From the NCBI GenBank assembly GCA_044225365.1, contig JBGAIQ010000009.1, forward strand, positions 32,001-96,000: a DNA stretch of 64,000 nucleotides, given 5' to 3'. How positions within the stretch are numbered: position 1 is the stretch's first letter; each line of letters opens with the position of its first letter. The translations under genes and the position numbers were made by a program. This DNA is from Planctomycetota bacterium. GTDB taxonomy: Bacteria; Planctomycetota; B15-G4; JADJEK01. Below are positions 50,374 through 59,086 of the stretch, piece after piece. Below the pieces are notes generated by a model. The model had not been told where the DNA came from, ran no database searches, and saw nothing but the letters and a program-made list of their open reading frames with translations.

Positions 50374-51450
50374 TCAGGGCTCGAACAGCTTGGGATCGAG
50401 CGTGACGCCCTGATCGCGCAGCTTGTCGAGGAAGACGGGCTTGTTGCCGGTCGCGACGAACCGGCCAAGGAGCTTGCCCGAGGGATCCGTGCCTTCGATC
50501 TGGTAACGGAAGAGATCCTCGAACTTCACGCGGTCGCCGTCCATGCCGCAGAGCTGCGTGATGTGCGACACCTTGCGCGTGCCATCGGCAAGCTGCTCGT
50601 GCTGCACGACGAGATCGAGAGCCTGACTGATCTGGCGATGGATCGCGAAGAGCGGCAGACCGAGATCGGAATCGAGCATCATCACTTCGAGGCGGGAGAT
50701 GACGTCGCGGGGCGAACCGGCGTGCAGCACGCCGAGCGTGCCCCGATGGCCCGACACCATCGCCTGGATCATCTCGATCGCGTCGCCGCCGCGCACTTCA
50801 CCGACGATGATCCGATCGGGACGCATGCGCATCGCGTTCTTGAAGAGATCGCGCATCGTCACCTGACCTTTGCCCTCGGCGGACGCCGCGCGGCACTCGA
50901 GCGGGATGACGTGCTCCTGGTTCAGCGTGAGTTCGGCCGTGTCCTCGAGCGTGACGATTCGCTCCGACGGATCGATCGACGAGGAGAGCACGTTGAGCGT
51001 CGTCGTCTTCCCTGCGCCCGTCGCGCCGGCGAAGACGATGTTGAGCCGGCCCTTGATCGCGGCGATCAAGAGGTCCGCCATCCGCCGATCGAGCGTGCCC
51101 TTCGCGATCAGATCGTCGATCTTCTTGAAGCCCTTCGAGAACTTTCGGATCGTGATGACCGGGCCCTTGGTCGAGACGGGCGGCAGGATGATGTTGACGC
51201 GCGACCCATCGGGCAATGAGAGATCGACGTACGGGCTCTGGTAGTTCACCTGACGTCCGGAGAGGATCGCCATCGCGTCGACCATGACGTTGAGCTGCTC
51301 GGAAGTGAGCTTCAATTGCGCGACGCGGATCATGCGGCCCTTGCGCTCGACGAAGATCTGCGCACCGCCGTTGATCATGATCTCGGAGATCTCCGAGTCT
51401 TCGAGCAACTCCGCGATCGGACGAAGCCCGACGGGAAGACTGATCGCCAT
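50374..51450 (-). CDS. CpaF/TadA-family secretion ATPase
   Basis: ISEIMING, ITIRKF, GATGAGKTT, EDTAEL, MRPDRIIVGEVRG. Confidence 0.92.
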   Translation of the reverse strand: MAISLPVGLRPIAELLEDSEISEIMINGGAQIFVERKGRMIRVAQLKLTSEQLNVMVDAMAILSGRQVNYQSPYVDLSLPDGSRVNIILPPVSTKGPVITIRKFSKGFKKIDDLIAKGTLDRRMADLLIAAIKGRLNIVFAGATGAGKTTTLNVLSSSIDPSERIVTLEDTAELTLNQEHVIPLECRAASAEGKGQVTMRDLFKNAMRMRPDRIIVGEVRGGDAIEMIQAMVSGHRGTLGVLHAGSPRDVISRLEVMMLDSDLGLPLFAIHRQISQALDLVVQHEQLADGTRKVSHITQLCGMDGDRVKFEDLFRYQIEGTDPSGKLLGRFVATGNKPVFLDKLRDQGVTLDPKLFEP

Positions 51451-51501
51451 GCGCGTCCTCGGTCGAGGGGAAAGGGTCGCGCCAAGTCTATCGATCGTGA
51501 C

Positions 51502-54500
51502 TCACGGACACAGCGTGAGGCGAAGCCCGTTCGAGAGCGCGACTCCCGCGATCTGGGATGGGTCCGCGGCGGCGGCCTGGAAGTAGAGCGTGATGCCGGC
51601 GTAGAGCGGATCCGTCCCGATCGGGATCGAGAGACTCGATTCGCCCTGGAACGTCGGCAACGGCACCACCGCGAGGAACCCACTGAGTCCGACGAGGAGC
51701 GTGCCGCCGAGGAAGGGCTGCGATCCCGGAGAGAGCGAGACCAGGAGGCTCGAGGACGCCGCGTTCTTCAGGCCCGTCGCGACGATCGTCGCGGTGCCGC
51801 CGAGCGAGGGGGAACCGGTCCCGACGAGGCCGAGGGAGTCCGCGGCCTTGGCGCTGCCGGCGCTCGGACCGTACGTCGTGAATCCGCAAGGCGGGGCGCA
51901 CCCGCCGCTCGGACCCGCCATCACGTACGCGAGGTGGAGACGCGGCGGAGTCGCAGTTCCGAAGCGCTTCACGCCGTAGAAATGCGACAGCGTATTGGCG
52001 CTTCCATCGAGGACGAGTCCGACCCGCGCGCCCGGCGCGTAGTCCGGGCGATCGAGGACTTCCTGCAGGATCGCGGAGAGATCCGGCGTGAAGACGCTCG
52101 TGCCGAGATCGAGGTGCGGCACGGCCCAGGTGACCGTCGCGCTGGTCATCGGTGCGACCTGGACGAGCGGCGCCTGGGATCCCGCGACGAACGGCGGCGC
52201 ATCGGCCACGTCGTAGGCGCGGATCGCGCAGGCCGGCTGACCGAATCCGTCGCCACTCCCCGTCAGCTCGAGCGACGCAGAGACGACGACCGATCCCACC
52301 GGCAACGGCGAGGCGAACTCGAATGCCGTTTGGTAACCGGCGACGTCCTTGCCGACGAAGAGGGCGTTGGGATCCGAGGCGCTCGCGAGCAGCACGCCCG
52401 TGGTCGATTGGTACTGAGCGTTGCGATCCGCCGCGGCCACCGCAATCGAGACGCTCGTCGGCGCGACGAGGTGATACAGCGCGGCGAGATTCAGTCCACC
52501 CACGGGCGCAGCGACGACGTGCGCCGCCGCGCCGCCGTCCGACCAGCAGGAGAATGCGTAGGTCGCACCGGAACTCGCGAAGACGAGCGGCGCCGCGACG
52601 GCGTGCTCGAAGCCGTCGATGCTCGCTTCGACGTGCGGCGTGCCGATCGGTTCGCCGTCGAGAACGAGCGGGACGCCCGGAGGAATCGACGAGAACGCGA
52701 GCGAGGAGACGTTCGGGTGCAGATCGACGCTAGTCGTTGCGGCGAGGCCGTCGCTGTCGGTCGCCGTGAGACGAATCTGGAAGTACGTCGAAGCCGGCGC
52801 GTGACCGGTCTTCGGGATCGTGAAGCTGCCGCTCGCGACGCCGATCGTCGGTCCGAAGAACGGGTGGACATGATCCTCGTGAACGAGGAGCACTTCGAAG
52901 GCGAGCAAAGAGGGCGGAAGGATCCCGTCCTCCTGGTCGCTCGCCGTTCCCGAGAATGCGATGACGTCGCCCGCGGCATACGCCAGGTTCGGTACCGGCG
53001 AGGCCAGGACCGGAATCGGCTTGGAGCCGACTTCGATGACGATCGGATCGGAGGTCGCGGCGAGCGCTCCGTCGCTCACGGTGAGCGACGCGACGAACTT
53101 GCCTTTGTTCGCGTACACGTGCGTCGGATTCGGCGTCGCGGCGAATTGCCCGTCGCCGAAGGCCCACGCATACGAAAGGCCCGCGATCGGACCGTCCGGG
53201 TCGAGAGTGCCCGCGCTCGAGAAATGGACGGTGAGCGGCGACGGACCGAGGAGCGGCGACGCGGAGGCCGCGACGAGCGGAGGGGCATTCGCATTGCCGA
53301 TGTACGAGATCCGGAGCAGGCCGGGTTGGTCGGGCAGCCCGCCGTACGTGACGCCGTACGCGAGGTAGTAGAGCGAGCCATCCGGCGCCGCTTTCAAGTC
53401 GACGATCGTGCGGCCGAGTCCGGGCCATAGGAACTGCGGGGCCGCGACGATCGCGCCAATTCCACCGGAGGAGTCGCGGAGAACGCGTCGTATCGAACGA
53501 TTCGCGTAGTCCGCGATGAACAGATTCCCGAGGTAGCTGCTCGGGAAGGAGCTGGCGCTCCCTCCTCGATAGACGGCCCCCATCGTGATCGAGCCCTGCG
53601 GGTAGAGGACGAAGTCGTCGGGATCGTCGTGGCGATAGTCGAAGAAGGGAGGCGAGATGGCGGCGCAATCGCCGACGTAGCACTGGTCGCCTTCCTGCAG
53701 CGGCCATCCAAAATTGCCGCCCGCGTTCACGCAATCGACCTCTTCGAATGCGTTCGTGGTATTGCCGCCGACATCGCCGACCACGATGCCAAGGCCCGCG
53801 GGCCCGGAGTCGACGGTGAGGCGAAACGGATTGCGAAATCCCGAAGCGTAGATTCCCGGCATCGCGCCCTGCAGCGAGACGAAGGGATTGTCGCTGGGGA
53901 TCGCACCGTCGTCGCGCAGGCGCAGCAGCTTGCCGAAGGGCGACGCGAGGTCCTGCGCGTATTGGCTGTTCAACTGGTCGCCCACGCCGACGAGCAGATT
54001 GCCCGCAGCGTCGAAGCCGAGCGCTCCGCCGTGATGGTATTGCGACGCGAGAGCGGGAGCCTGCCAGACGACGAGTTCGGAGTTGGCGGCGATGGAGTTG
54101 CCCGCGAGCGTGAAGCGACTCACCCGGTCGCGCGGCTCGCTCGTGGTGTAGAAGACGTAGACGAATCCATTGGATGCGAATTGCGGGTGGCGCGCGATGC
54201 CGAGGAGTCCGCGTTCGCCGTTCGAGTTGTCGACCGCGAATTGGATCGCGGGATTCGACAGCATCGCGCCGTTCTGGAAGATTCGAATCGCGCCGCCGCG
54301 CTCGGCGATCACGATCCTCCCGTCCGGGAGGAAGTCGAACGCGGTCGGCTGCGTGAGCGCCTCGGTGAGCACCACACGCTGGAAGCCTGGCGGCAGCATC
54401 CCGAACGAGATTGGAGCGCAACTCGAGGGATTGGACGCATAGTCGGTCCACGCGATGATCGAGCTCGATGCGGCGACAAGAGCGGATGGGCCGCCGTTCG

Positions 54501-55326
54501 CGCTCGCATCGGCGGTCGTCGGCCCTGCGCCTTCCTCGAACCGATACCAGGCGGCGAGCCCGGATGGCTGCGATGGCATCACGCGATCGAAGCGCGACAG
54601 GATCTGCGAGGCGGACAAGGCGCGCGACCACAGGCGGAATTCGTCGAGGTCGCCTTCGAAACGGGGAGATCCCGCGTCGTAGGCGTCGGCGCCGAGAACG
54701 AGCGATGGAAGATGCCCGCCCTGATTCGCGCCGTCGTTCGGGTAAGAGAGGTCGCCGCGGGAGACGTCGCCACTCTCGATGTCGAGCGCCCCATCGACGA
54801 AGATCCGCTTCTGCCCCGTCATCGCGTTTCGAACGCATGCGACGTGGTGCCAGTTGCCGTCGAGGACGTTCATTCCTCCTTCGAGCGTGTGCTCGGCGTC
54901 GAACGGCGCCTGCGCGCCCTTGCCCGTGCCGAAGCGGACGAATCCACCAGCGATCGCGACGCCGAACTCGGCGCCGTTGCTTCCTGCGATCTCGCGGTCG
55001 ACGACGACGTTGCCGACCTTCCAGTTCTGGACGAAGTACTCGCGATCTCCACCGCCGCTCGGTGTCGGGTTCGACGAGAGCGTTCCGCGCACCCAGAATT
55101 CGATCGTGAAGTCGCTCGCGCCAACATCCGCCGCTGTACTCGCGTCGATTCCGGGCGCATCGTCGTCGATCGCGAGCACCACCCGATCCGCTCCTTGCGT
55201 CGGCACACCGCTGAAGTGGAGCGCATGCTGCGATCCCTGGCCGTGCGCGCTCGATCCCGTCAGGACGCAAATCCCCGCGAACGCGAGTGCGCGAGAGAAT
55301 CGAATCTCGTTCGAAGCATGGCCCAT
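51502..55326 (-). CDS. Secreted LamG + PQQ-type sugar dehydrogenase (GSDH) + PKD protein with a C-terminal tail domain
   Basis: DFTIEFW..DGNWHHVA..GDLDEFRLWSRALS; GERGLLGIA, HHGG.L.F, GKLLR, GFRNPFR, GGNFGWP; YAWAFGDG PKD. Confidence 0.9.
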   Translation of the reverse strand: MGHASNEIRFSRALAFAGICVLTGSSAHGQGSQHALHFSGVPTQGADRVVLAIDDDAPGIDASTAADVGASDFTIEFWVRGTLSSNPTPSGGGDREYFVQNWKVGNVVVDREIAGSNGAEFGVAIAGGFVRFGTGKGAQAPFDAEHTLEGGMNVLDGNWHHVACVRNAMTGQKRIFVDGALDIESGDVSRGDLSYPNDGANQGGHLPSLVLGADAYDAGSPRFEGDLDEFRLWSRALSASQILSRFDRVMPSQPSGLAAWYRFEEGAGPTTADASANGGPSALVAASSSIIAWTDYASNPSSCAPISFGMLPPGFQRVVLTEALTQPTAFDFLPDGRIVIAERGGAIRIFQNGAMLSNPAIQFAVDNSNGERGLLGIARHPQFASNGFVYVFYTTSEPRDRVSRFTLAGNSIAANSELVVWQAPALASQYHHGGALGFDAAGNLLVGVGDQLNSQYAQDLASPFGKLLRLRDDGAIPSDNPFVSLQGAMPGIYASGFRNPFRLTVDSGPAGLGIVVGDVGGNTTNAFEEVDCVNAGGNFGWPLQEGDQCYVGDCAAISPPFFDYRHDDPDDFVLYPQGSITMGAVYRGGSASSFPSSYLGNLFIADYANRSIRRVLRDSSGGIGAIVAAPQFLWPGLGRTIVDLKAAPDGSLYYLAYGVTYGGLPDQPGLLRISYIGNANAPPLVAASASPLLGPSPLTVHFSSAGTLDPDGPIAGLSYAWAFGDGQFAATPNPTHVYANKGKFVASLTVSDGALAATSDPIVIEVGSKPIPVLASPVPNLAYAAGDVIAFSGTASDQEDGILPPSLLAFEVLLVHEDHVHPFFGPTIGVASGSFTIPKTGHAPASTYFQIRLTATDSDGLAATTSVDLHPNVSSLAFSSIPPGVPLVLDGEPIGTPHVEASIDGFEHAVAAPLVFASSGATYAFSCWSDGGAAAHVVAAPVGGLNLAALYHLVAPTSVSIAVAAADRNAQYQSTTGVLLASASDPNALFVGKDVAGYQTAFEFASPLPVGSVVVSASLELTGSGDGFGQPACAIRAYDVADAPPFVAGSQAPLVQVAPMTSATVTWAVPHLDLGTSVFTPDLSAILQEVLDRPDYAPGARVGLVLDGSANTLSHFYGVKRFGTATPPRLHLAYVMAGPSGGCAPPCGFTTYGPSAGSAKAADSLGLVGTGSPSLGGTATIVATGLKNAASSSLLVSLSPGSQPFLGGTLLVGLSGFLAVVPLPTFQGESSLSIPIGTDPLYAGITLYFQAAAADPSQIAGVALSNGLRLTLCP

Positions 55327-55407
55327 GCAGACTCCCGTCCGTCACCGGTCCTCGGTCGATCCTACCTTGGGAACGTCCGGGACGGGTCGTGAGGGCCACC
55401 GGCATCC

Positions 55408-55514
55408 CGGCGGTCACGGACCGCGTCCGCCGCCGCCGGTTTCGGCGGTTACGGACCGCGTCCGCCGCCGACGGTTTCGGCGGTTACGGACCGCGTCCGC
55501 CGCCGACGCTTTCG
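55408..55514. repeat. Three tandem 35-bp palindromic (REP-like) units
   Basis: CGGCGGTYACGGACCGCGTCCGCCGCCGMCGSTTT starting at 55408, 55443 and 55478. Confidence 0.9.
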
Positions 55515-55527
55515 AAGGGGAAAGCCG

Positions 55528-56421
55528 CTATTTCGCGTAACCGACGACGTAGGCGATCCACGCCGGGTCGTGCTGGAAATACGAGCGCAAGCGATAACGG
55601 CCGTCGGCGTCGTTTGCGGCCCAATCCCACCCGTCCACGTAGACCTCGGCGCGGGCGAATCCCGCCTCGACGAGCAGTTCGCAGAGTTCGGGGATCGTCC
55701 AGAAGCGCCAGTCGTACGTGAAAGCGTTGCGTCGCTTCACGCCGTGCGGGAGTTCGAAGTGGATCGCGCACTGGAAGTCGTGGTCGACAGGATTGAATCG
55801 GACCTGGTCCCACACGTAGGTGAAGCGCGGCAGCTTCGTCCCGCAGGGAAGGGTCTGCGATGGGATGATCCGCCGGTCCGTCGTCTCCGACATCGACTCG
55901 GTGCCCCCGAAAGCATCGAGGACCAGGATCCCGCCCTTCGTGAGGCCGCGCCGCGCGGCTTCGAAGTAGCCGCGCATCGCATCGCGGGTCTTGAACACCC
56001 AGTACGAGAAATTGAGGGCGAGGATCGCCTCGACTGGATCGCATTCGACGCGACGAACATCGGCTTCGAGCAGCGCGAGCCGCGGCGCAGCCTTGCCGAG
56101 CGCCGGGACGTTGTGTCGCCGCGCCCACTCGAGCGTCGGCGAGTGCAGTTCGACACCAATCGCCCGCCGATCCTTCGACTTGGCGACGAACGCACACGAA
56201 ATCATCGCCGTGCCGCAGAAGTCCTCGCGGATGCTTCGCAACGGCCGACCGTTCGCGTGCTTGAAGACTCGCTGGGCGAACCCGAGGTCCGCGTCGACGC
56301 TCTGCACCGACCCCTGATAGAGATGATGATCGTCGTAGGCGACGCGAGGGACGCTAGGGACTCGCGCACGGGACGCGAGAGGTCGGGCCTTGTGCGAAAC
56401 TTTGCGGTCGAAGCGGATCAT
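55528..56421 (-). CDS. Class I SAM-dependent methyltransferase; start uncertain
   Basis: LYQGSVQ, IREDFCGTA, ALNFSYW, GILVLDAFGG, AFTYDWRFWTIPE. Confidence 0.85.
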   Translation of the reverse strand: MIRFDRKVSHKARPLASRARVPSVPRVAYDDHHLYQGSVQSVDADLGFAQRVFKHANGRPLRSIREDFCGTAMISCAFVAKSKDRRAIGVELHSPTLEWARRHNVPALGKAAPRLALLEADVRRVECDPVEAILALNFSYWVFKTRDAMRGYFEAARRGLTKGGILVLDAFGGTESMSETTDRRIIPSQTLPCGTKLPRFTYVWDQVRFNPVDHDFQCAIHFELPHGVKRRNAFTYDWRFWTIPELCELLVEAGFARAEVYVDGWDWAANDADGRYRLRSYFQHDPAWIAYVVGYAK

Positions 56422-56512
56422 CGTGGACGAAACCCCTGGAGCCAATCGGCTGCGAGAGGTCGGAACGATACCCATTCCACCGTCGTCCGCAACGAACGGC
56501 CGGGCTTCGCGG

Positions 56513-58543
56513 TCAGCGATCGGGCTCGACCGGCGACGGGGACGTGAGGGTAGCCGGACCCGCGATCTCGGTGGGCGGTTCCGCCTCGCGTTCCGGAACA
56601 TCGATCGCGATCGCGCCGAGTCCGAGTTCGGGATTCGCGGCATTCGCGGCAATCGACGCGTAGCGCGCGGCGAGATCCGACTCTTTCGAGCGCGTGAAGA
56701 GGCGTGCGAGCGAGCGCGCGATCGCGGCGAGATCTCCCTCGATATCGGCGTCGCCCGGTGCGTTCGCGTACGCGCGAGCGCACAGCTCGTACGCGGCGCG
56801 GAGCGAAGTCTTGGCTTCGTCGAGATGACCGAGCTTCAACAGGAGTTCGCCCTCGCGCTGCGGCAAGCGCCAGACGAATCCGGACGTCCGATCGATCACG
56901 CTCGCGCCGCCGATGCACGCCGACGGCACCAGCATCCGCGAGCGGTCCTTCGGACAGAGCGCCGCGATCACGTCGTCGCCGTGTTTCTTCAATGTCGCCC
57001 GCTGGATCTCGAGGGAACGCGTCCAGGCGCGCTTCGGCGCAGCCGCATCGGCGGGCTGCCGGCTCGCGAGCATGTCGCCCACCATTTCGTAGCTATCGGC
57101 CACGACGACCGAAACTCGAATGTCGTCGCCCTGATCCTTGTCGAGTTCCTCGAGGCTGGCGCGCGCCTTCGCGAGTTCACGGTCGAATCGCTTCACCTCG
57201 GCGGTCTCGCTCGGAGACCCATCCCTCAGCATCCACACCGCGCGACGCGGCGCGTCGAGGGAAGCGAGCGCGCGAATCTGCTCGCGCAGTTCCTCGGCGT
57301 CCCGAGCGATCGATCCCGCATTGCGTTCGGCTTCGACGCGCGCCACGTGCTCGCTCTTTACTCGCGAATGCAGCGCGGCGATCGCGCCGGCACTCGAGAT
57401 CGTGACGAGGACGAGTGCGCCGGCGAGAAGCGTCAACGCGCGATTGCGACGCGCGAAGCGACGCAGCTTCTGCACGCGGCTCTGGGGTCGCGCCGCGATC
57501 GGTTCGCCCTGGATCCACCGCGCGAGATCTTCCGAGAGAGCCCGCGCCGAGGCGTAGCGCTGCTCGCGCGCCTTCGCGATCGCCGTCTCGATGATGATCT
57601 CGAGATCGCGATCGAGCGTGGGATCGTGGCTCGACGGCGTCTTCGGCGACGATTCTTGTACGCACTTGATCGCCTCGTAGACCGGCGTATCGCGTACGTC
57701 GTACGGCAACGCCGAGGTGAGGAGTTCGTAGAGCACGACGCCGAGCGAGTACACGTCGGAGCGCGCATCGACCTGCGAGGGGTCGGCCGCGCATTGCTCG
57801 GGACTCATGTACTGCACGGTGCCGAGGATCTGTCCCATCTCGGTGCGGAACACGCCGCTCTCGTGCTTCCCGCCCATCACGCGCGCGACGCCGAAATCGA
57901 TCACCTTCGGCTCGCCAACCTCGTCGACGAGCAGGTTGTCGGGCTTCAAATCGCGATGCAGGACGCCGCATTCGTGGCCGTAGTGGACGGCATCGCAAAC
58001 CTTCAGGAACAACGAAACGCGTTCGACGCGCGAGAGATTCCGATCGGCGGCGAATTTGGTGATCGGCTGCGCACCGCGGACGAACTCGAGGGCGATGAAC
58101 GGAACGGGGCCGTAGATCTCGGCGCCCGGCCCGGGAATGTGAGTTCCCGCCGAATAGACTTTCGCGATGTTCGGATGGGACAGGCGCGCGAGCACTTCGG
58201 CCTCGCGCTCGAAGCGCCCTTCGAGTTGCTTCGATCCGAGCCCATTGCGCATGACCTTGAGCGCCACCGCTCGGTCCGGGCGATCCTGCTTCGCCTCGTA
58301 GACCGTACCCATCCCGCCGACGCCGAGACGACGAACGATCGAGAACCCGCCGATTCGCTGCGGCAACGCAGCCGCGGCGGGATCAGCAGCCCGAAACTCG
58401 TCCTCCTCGACGTCGCGAAAACTGACTCGCGTCGGAAGCCTGTCGTTCCGTGCGCCCATAACCATCTCTTCGCAGCGACTACTGCACAACGCCGATTCGT
58501 CGGGCGCGTTGGACGCAAGTTCAAGATTCCACTTGCGCCCCAT
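56513..58543 (-). CDS. Serine/threonine protein kinase (Hanks-type) with a TM segment; start uncertain
   Basis: LGVGGMGTVY, VALKV, HRDLKPDN, DFG, GTVQYMSPEQ, SDVYSLG. Confidence 0.93.
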   Translation of the reverse strand: MGRKWNLELASNAPDESALCSSRCEEMVMGARNDRLPTRVSFRDVEEDEFRAADPAAAALPQRIGGFSIVRRLGVGGMGTVYEAKQDRPDRAVALKVMRNGLGSKQLEGRFEREAEVLARLSHPNIAKVYSAGTHIPGPGAEIYGPVPFIALEFVRGAQPITKFAADRNLSRVERVSLFLKVCDAVHYGHECGVLHRDLKPDNLLVDEVGEPKVIDFGVARVMGGKHESGVFRTEMGQILGTVQYMSPEQCAADPSQVDARSDVYSLGVVLYELLTSALPYDVRDTPVYEAIKCVQESSPKTPSSHDPTLDRDLEIIIETAIAKAREQRYASARALSEDLARWIQGEPIAARPQSRVQKLRRFARRNRALTLLAGALVLVTISSAGAIAALHSRVKSEHVARVEAERNAGSIARDAEELREQIRALASLDAPRRAVWMLRDGSPSETAEVKRFDRELAKARASLEELDKDQGDDIRVSVVVADSYEMVGDMLASRQPADAAAPKRAWTRSLEIQRATLKKHGDDVIAALCPKDRSRMLVPSACIGGASVIDRTSGFVWRLPQREGELLLKLGHLDEAKTSLRAAYELCARAYANAPGDADIEGDLAAIARSLARLFTRSKESDLAARYASIAANAANPELGLGAIAIDVPEREAEPPTEIAGPATLTSPSPVEPDR

Positions 58544-58743
58544 TTCCGACCCGAGAACCTCGGATCGGGCAACCGAACTGCTCTGGCGACCGGAAACGAG
58601 CCGCTCCGCGCTCGGTTCCCGATGAATCCGAGTCAGGCGAATTGTTTCGGCGGGAGAATCAGCACGCGGCGTTCCCAGCGGAGGAACGCCGGGATGTAGA
58701 GGGCGGTCGGAAGGAAATTATTTCGCCGGATGCGAAATCGCCG

Positions 58744-58989
58744 TCAGTTGAAGGCTCCGCAATCGGGCATCGCGCAGCCCGAGGGAGGACAGGAACTCGC
58801 CTGCGGAGCCCCACACGGCCCGTCTCCACATGCCGAGGGCGACGTGCTCGAGCCCACGCCGAAAACGGAGAACTTCTTCTCCACCTTCTCGCTCTTGCAG
58901 GCGGGACAGCTCACGACCTCGTCGGAACGAAAGACCAGGGTCTCGAAGGGCGCGGAGCACTTGCGGCAAGTGTATTCGTAGATCGGCAC
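58744..58989 (-). CDS. FmdB-family zinc ribbon protein
   Basis: MPIYEYTCRKC..FE..CPACKSEKVEKKFS. Confidence 0.9.
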   Translation of the reverse strand: MPIYEYTCRKCSAPFETLVFRSDEVVSCPACKSEKVEKKFSVFGVGSSTSPSACGDGPCGAPQASSCPPSGCAMPDCGAFN

Positions 58990-59086
58990 GGTGAGGTCTC
59001 TTCACGAGATCGGGACAGCGGAACGAGCGTCGAACTGTTCGAAAAGCGTACGCGACCCGGATCGCGCACGAAAGCTCCGACCAGAC

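Noticed and set aside
55408-55514. Possible mini-CRISPR array (palindromic ~35-bp repeats)
   Set aside because: The units are head-to-tail with no unique spacers, and no cas genes are in the window.
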